Notes under the pieces: generated by a model
The model's input: the letters and a program-made list of their open reading frames with translations, nothing else
Databases searched by the model: none
Told to the model about the DNA's origin: nothing
Shown here: positions 58,171 through 64,000 of the stretch, one piece after another
Layout of the letters: each line of letters opens with the position of its first letter
Numbering within the stretch: position 1 is the first letter of the stretch
Made by a program: the position numbers and the translations under genes
Assembly (NCBI GenBank): GCA_036172245.1
Contig: JAYWIR010000001.1
Span: 9,610,001 to 9,674,000 of the forward strand
DNA length: 64,000 bases
Source of the DNA: Raillietiella orientalis
Taxonomy: Eukaryota
Reading direction: 5' to 3'

Positions 58171-61100
58171 GCTGTCTTCAGCCCTCCTGCCCCTAGAGGG
58201 AACCACCATAGGCCTGCTGTGGGCTTCTTCGTATGCGGAAGACTTTCGTCAGGCGCCGCCATCGTGATGAAATGTTGCACCCCTGCTTTCCGTGTGCTGG
58301 AGTGCCTGGCGCGGAGAAGGGGAGACCACCCGCATGGCAGCTGCCTTGATGATGGATGCAGGCAGGTGACCTCACTGGGAGAAAGAATTCGCCAGGGAGA
58401 TCCGTCTCCATGCAGAGCCGGTTTTAGGAAGGAAAGATTGCTCTGAACCAAGAACCTCTGTCCTCTCTCTTTGGCTCGCAACTTCTGTAGAAACTGGCCT
58501 GAGTGCCGGTGGTTGTGGTTGTTCCTGCAGGGCTTCCTTTCATTCCTCTCGGGAAGCGAGTTCCCGTCCTGTCAGCCTATTTTTGCTTTCAAGGAAACGC
58601 TCCAGAGTGACCAAGGTGAGAGCCCTGTGACGCGATCGACCCTTGGTCTCCCAGAACAGCTGCTTCCGGACAACGCCGAGAGGCTTCGCTTTCGGAGTCC
58701 CGCTACTCCAGCTTCGGCCCGCTTTCCTCTCGGGTGGCAAGCAGACGGCAACGCCAGCGAGGCGCAAGTCCGTGCGGAGTGCGCACCCTCTTTCGCACCG
58801 GAGAGCGGGAGAGTGGCGTCCTGCTCGGTTCTTTCTTGAGGGGTCCTCGCTGAAGACATCTTCCTGGTGACTGCACTGCCTCCGGGGCGGAGTAAGAGGG
58901 AAGAGGGAAATTCGGGAGCCGTTCGAACTCTGCATGGAGGCGAAAAGGGTGCATCTGGCGCTTCTCCTGGGTGGTCGCGAGGTCGTCCATGGGCTCCACC
59001 TGCAGCCGCATGCTTGAGGTGTTAGAAACGATGGATTGATGAAGGAGTAGCGAAATACTTCGCGCGATCTACGGTGAGCACCGGTGAGCCACGCACCAGC
59101 AGCTCCCTCGAGCTGGCACTTTGCGAGAGGATCACTCCCTCTCTTTCCCAGTTCCCATCGACTTCCAGAAGTTGCCGGAGAGCACCAAAGTGTTCCAACA
59201 AGAGTCCTCCGCGATCTCTCTAGCGGCAACCCGTGAAGTTGGAACAGCTCGAAGAGTTCCCTAGATCTGTGAAGACATACGAGAGAGCGGATGCGAAACC
59301 TGAGGTCGTCCATGCGAGCATCTCCCCAACCCATTCCCGCTTTAGAAGCCCCGATAATCTCCAGCAGCTATATGATCCGTCTTATTCCCCCAGGATTCTG
59401 GGATTCCTGGAGCCTCAGCTCCTTCACTTGCCCTGGGAACGATGTTTTCAAACCGGCGAGGGAGGAAGGGACGTCCCAGCTTGATGAAGGGATGGGGCGG
59501 ACGCTTTGGGACATGCCTGTCGACCATCCCTCCGAGCAGCAGCTCCGCATGGTGTTCGGCCTCTAGGATTCTTCGATCGCCGGAGAGGTTGCTGTGGTTC
59601 CTCCGTTCCGAGGAAGGCTGCGAACAGGGGAGGCAGAATGCGCAGATGCGGAGGTCCATTGACGTCTGTTCGGTGGCCGTCCATCCGAGGCACTGCTAGA
59701 AACAGTGGCCCACGCAACGGACGCTGCGTGGCGGGCACCAGATTGGAAGGGATTGAGAGCTGCGAGTTCCGCAGGATGGTTTCCAGGAAGACGCAACGGC
59801 ACGCTCCTTGCGAAATGGTCCACAAAAAAAAAGAAGAAATGTGTGAGAGCTGTTGTCGGTCGATGCAGAGTGCCTGAGGGAAAGTGGAAACCGCGGATGT
59901 CCCACAGCTCGTTGCGGTGAAGTCCTTAGTTTCCGTGCCTGTGGTTATTTTTCTCTTGCGTTCCCGAACCAGCGGGTGAATGCTCCTACTCTGCCGCTAA
60001 CCTCAAGACCTCCACACTCGCTCGAGCATCTGTTTCAAGGCAGCAGTGGTTGCAAGATTTCCTCCATGACCCGTTTCTTTTCTCGTTTTCAGCAGATAAA
60101 CTTTCTTCGCTTGAGTGGAATCCTGGTGATGGCAACCATGGCTAACCTTCGCTTCAGACTGTCTCTCGACGTTTTTGCTCTGAAGTAGGCTACCTTGAAG
60201 CTGCTAGACGTGCTTCATTTTGCTCTGCTTTGATGTCCCTCGATGGAGACACGAGATGGATCCGACATATGGCATTCGCTTTCTCCAAGAAGCAGCTACG
60301 TCCCAGGGAAGTATCTGGAGCCATTGCTCCGAAGATAGGAGCGCCGGAGGGAGAGGACTCGTGGCCCAGCGGATGCAGTGGGTGCAGACAAATGAACTTC
60401 AGTTCCACCACCACAGGAAATTGCAGGGCAGCCTATTTTGAAAGATCACATTGGCCAGGATGAAGCTGCTGGACCAACTAATACCGGTGTCACCAGACTG
60501 GGGAAGGGAAGTTATTTTTCCCCGTGTGCATGTCTGCTGCCTGGCGCACATGTGCCAGTAAAGTTCCATAGAAAGACTTGCACCATCTCCGGAGCCGTCT
60601 GCTTCCACCCGAAGGTCTGCGTTTCAAGCTACGTGGAAGTCCGTAGACACTTGGCTCCGTTTGGAAAGAGAGCCGTTCGTGCCCTCGAGAGCTCGTAGGC
60701 GGCTTTCGGCGTTCTTCCGTGCTCACCCTTAATCTAGGTCACCATCCTCTAGCCTCGACACCTCTGCTGGAGGCATGGCACCCACCAGCCGGCGAGAGTT
60801 GAGGAAGGTCTCTCGCTGCTCGGCAAGCAACCACGGGACGAGTGCACCCAGAAGCAGGGCCTGTCCCGCACGATGATGACCTCGGTTGAAGCAAGGGGAC
60901 ATCATAGGGGACAGCAGTCCCTTGAGTCTGCCAAGTCGTGGTGAGCATCACTCCCCACCATCTGACAGAGAGATGGAAGTTCGCGCGAGTGCTCTGGGCG
61001 CTCGTGCTGGACGTCCACTCACCTCTGCCCCCACTTGCCACACCACTGCCACGTCCCAACGGCTCGAAGAGAATAGAAGGGAAAGGATGGGAGCGCCAGC

Positions 61101-63469
61101 AATCTTCTCCTCACCCCAGGAACCGTCGCAAGGACGCACCTCGCTCCGCACCGCCGCCCACGGAAACGGCAGCTCCGGAGGGCGGCGGTGATCAGCTGGA
61201 TTAGGCGGGAAGCGCCGCCTCCAGGAAAGGGAGGAGCTGTTGCCACGCGCGGACAAGGCCCCACTCGCTCCCTCCGCACGGGCGGACTCGGGGAAGGACG
61301 GATTTCAGCGCGGGCGGCGCGCGCCCTTCGATGGCGAACTCGCCGGGTCCGATGCGATGTCGAACGGAGCATGCGCGACCGGAGCCGATCGATGGTTTCC
61401 CCGTCGCGAGGTGCGGGCACGCGGGGAGCTGCAGGAGAGCGGCTGAGAGAAGGAAGGAAGGGGGGGAAGGCGGGAAAGCAGCGAAGCGAACCTCGGCAAC
61501 GGGTTTCTCCCGTGTACGCGTGTGCCAGGCGAACCGGTGGGTCGTAGCCGCCAGCGGAAGGCGCGTCGCGGGAAAGGCGAGGACCCTCTGCTCACCTTCA
61601 TCGGACCGACGAGGTCGGACGAATCCTCTCTCCTGCAGGTCGACACGAGGACGACCTCGGAATCTTGGCTTCGCTCTGCAGACAGGTCCCCTGCGGCCCT
61701 CGGGGACTGTCCCTCGCCTCTCGAAGAAACGTCGCGCCAATTTGGTGGACCCCCTCCGGGCGTCTTTCGCTCCCATATCGCTCCTCCCTCTGGTCACACT
61801 GGGCCCCGTCTTCGCCGGCAGCGTAAGCAAGAATTCCCTCTAAGTATCTTTCCTTCCCCGCTCTCCCTTTGTCGTCTAGGGAGCCGAAAGGGAGGATGAC
61901 GACTGCCGTTCTCAACGACTCGTTTCCATGGAAATGGAGGCGACTAAATGAAGCTCCCGGTAAAGGGTCCGGCCAGGGCAACCCCCCCACACACACACAC
62001 TTCCGTTTCCACGGGCTACTGCCTGCTCACCTCGCACCTTACCCACCACGAAACCCTCTGCCCTCCCAGCGACAGACCCGTCTGCTTCGACGAGCACCAC
62101 ATCGCACAAAGAGTTTTCAAGGGTAGACCACGTTTTTTGTTCTTTGCACGAGGAATGGCAGCGTCTCAACAGTTTGCCTTTGTCGTTTGTTCCTTTTAAG
62201 CTTAATGATTCGCGGGGGTCGCCTTAGAGGAGGAGGTTTTGGAAGGTTTACTCAAAAATGGGAACTTTTCGTGAAAGGCCACGAGAGAAACAAAACGCCC
62301 CGGCCCCATCCCCGCAACAGAATTTCGGGTGCTGTCATCTGCGAACGGCACGGGCAAACTGCTGCTAACTGACGACCTTTTTCGGATTCGCACCACCACC
62401 GACCGCGTACAGGAACGTGCCTCTTGTCTCTCTTTCCCGCCGCGTCCTCCTCTGCGGCTGTCACCCGTCCGTTCCGGGATCTCTTTCCTGGATCCTGTCG
62501 TCGCCGACTTTCGCCGATCAGTCTCGACTTGCGTGCTGCGGCAGACAGCGGAAGCAGCTTCGCGCGTCGGTTACCAGCACCGGGATGTTTCATCCGCCAG
62601 AATCTCCTGGACCGCTTCCGAGCTCGAATCGTCCCTAAGACGTTTCCTGCGCTCCTCCCCGACCGACCGCTCGCTAAAACCAGGCCAGTGGCTCCTCCCT
62701 CGCCGCGGCCGAGACAGAGGGGTGCCCATTCTCGAGAGAAAAAAAAAAAAAAAAAACATACGATCGACCATTTTCCCTTTGTCTCCTCCGCAGCTTTAGA
62801 GTGCGCCTCGTTCTGCAACGACACGGAAATGCACCCACCCGTCTGTGGGTGTCACATTCCCAGTGCATTCGTCTTCTTTTTTTTCTTTTTGCTTTTTTTC
62901 TCCCTCCTCGAAGAGGCTGGTCACCCTGACGTGGGTAAAGCGCGGTGCGCGCACCGCGCAGAGCCGCCATCAAAATCGACCGCGCCGCGCGCATGCGCGG
63001 GGAGGTGGAAACCGTGGCGGGGGCCCCGCTGCGTGGCGTGCTGCTGCTCTGCTGCGGCTCTCCGAGGAAAGCGTGCGTTTCCGGCCGCGGAAAGACCCGT
63101 TGCGAGCACGCGCGCGGAACGCTCGCGTCGGTCCACCCCCTTGGAAACCTGTAATTTCCACTCCAAATTGTCTCGAGGGACCAGGGAAAGCAGCGCGCGC
63201 GCGTCTTCTGGGACGATCCGGCTCGTAGGAGCTCTCGAAGACGAGAGGAACTCCCGATGCGGAATCGACGGGATGAGGAGGAGGGGAGACGTCCAGCTGG
63301 ACGTTAAACAGAGAGCTCTCGCAGCGCTGACGGATTTATAGGGGCCGGCGGAGCGCCCCTGCGAGCAAGGCGATCGCGCCTCACGTGCTGCGGGCGCAGC
63401 GTCCGAAAGTTCTTCCCGCTGGAAACGCCGGGACGCAGCGCCCCCCCTTCCCGCCCGGTTTCGCCATGC

Positions 63470-63860
63470 ACTCGAGAACCTTTCGCCTAGGAGTTCGGGA
63501 AGCTCTTCGACCCTGTTCCACTCATCCAAGGGTGCGGGTTGCTCTTCGAGTTATAGGAGGCAGCACTGGAGGCGCCACCTTATGAGTCCAGGATGGCTTC
63601 GGAGGAAGTGCTCCCGTTCTTCTCACGCTCGGGAGGGAACCTCGGAAGGTCGACTCCCAGCCCCGGCAGCTCGACGGGTGCTTCCGGCTCTCAGCCAGCG
63701 CCGCGCCCGAAGACTACGGACCAATCAGCGTCATCTCGCGGGGGGTGCTCCAGCGAACGGCGCACCCTCCCATCTGAGCGTCCGTCCATCCTTCCCCCGG
63801 CGAGATTCGAACCCGCGACGCTGGTTGTCGCGCAGCCGCCGATGTGGGCAATCCGCTGGT
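63470..63860 (-). mobile_element. SINE-like repeat family A, internally deleted copy
   Basis: B-box GTCGCGGGTTCGAATCTC on - (63802-63819). 63540-63650 matches 10433-10540 (GCTCTTCRAGTYATAGG...TATGA.TCC). Confidence 0.7.
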
Positions 63861-64000
63861 CGTCCCTGACCCGCCGACCTGCTCTTGACCCGGCGCCCGG
63901 TCTCTGAGCCCGATGCCTCCGGCAAAGCAAGCACCCTCCTTCCCGAGCGCTCACCGGCCAAACCTGGACTGCTAGCTGGCTGCTTAGCAGCCCCGACCTT

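Noticed and set aside
59900..60700. Possible additional decayed LINE endonuclease/linker on the - strand (VYGLP...FYGTL)
   Set aside because: Motifs too degenerate to call by eye; needs a translated profile search.
1..64000. CRISPR array, prokaryotic operon or defence system
   Set aside because: No regularly spaced direct repeats with unique spacers; spliceosomal introns, LINEs and SINEs show this is eukaryotic DNA.

Overview
GC-rich animal genomic DNA with compact GT-AG introns (many 50-80 nt); it is not prokaryotic and no CRISPR, rRNA or intact tRNA was seen. Three protein-coding genes are supportable. (1) An orphan, probably secreted ~360-375 aa protein (364-1491, -). (2) A 6-exon RING-finger/transmembrane E3 ligase of the RNFT1/2 type (22724-26543, +). 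(3) A multi-exon type II diacylglycerol kinase, DGK delta/eta type (two C1 domains, split catalytic domain, SAM), from 31111 to at least 43719 and probably to an ATG at 50573 (-). The kinase appears to keep only a collapsed PH domain and has a ~60-residue acidic exon. Much of the remainder is decayed non-LTR retrotransposons, including a Tx1/L1-type LINE at 5096-9110 with a related copy nested antisense inside its RT. There are also at least eight copies of a long tRNA-headed SINE-like repeat. The most striking unexplained signal is an excess of short perfect or near-perfect inverted repeats (12-20 bp arms). In two cases comparison with a sister LINE copy indicates that one arm is a new, locally templated inverted copy. 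All calls were made by eye from the sequence and ORF track; no searches were run.
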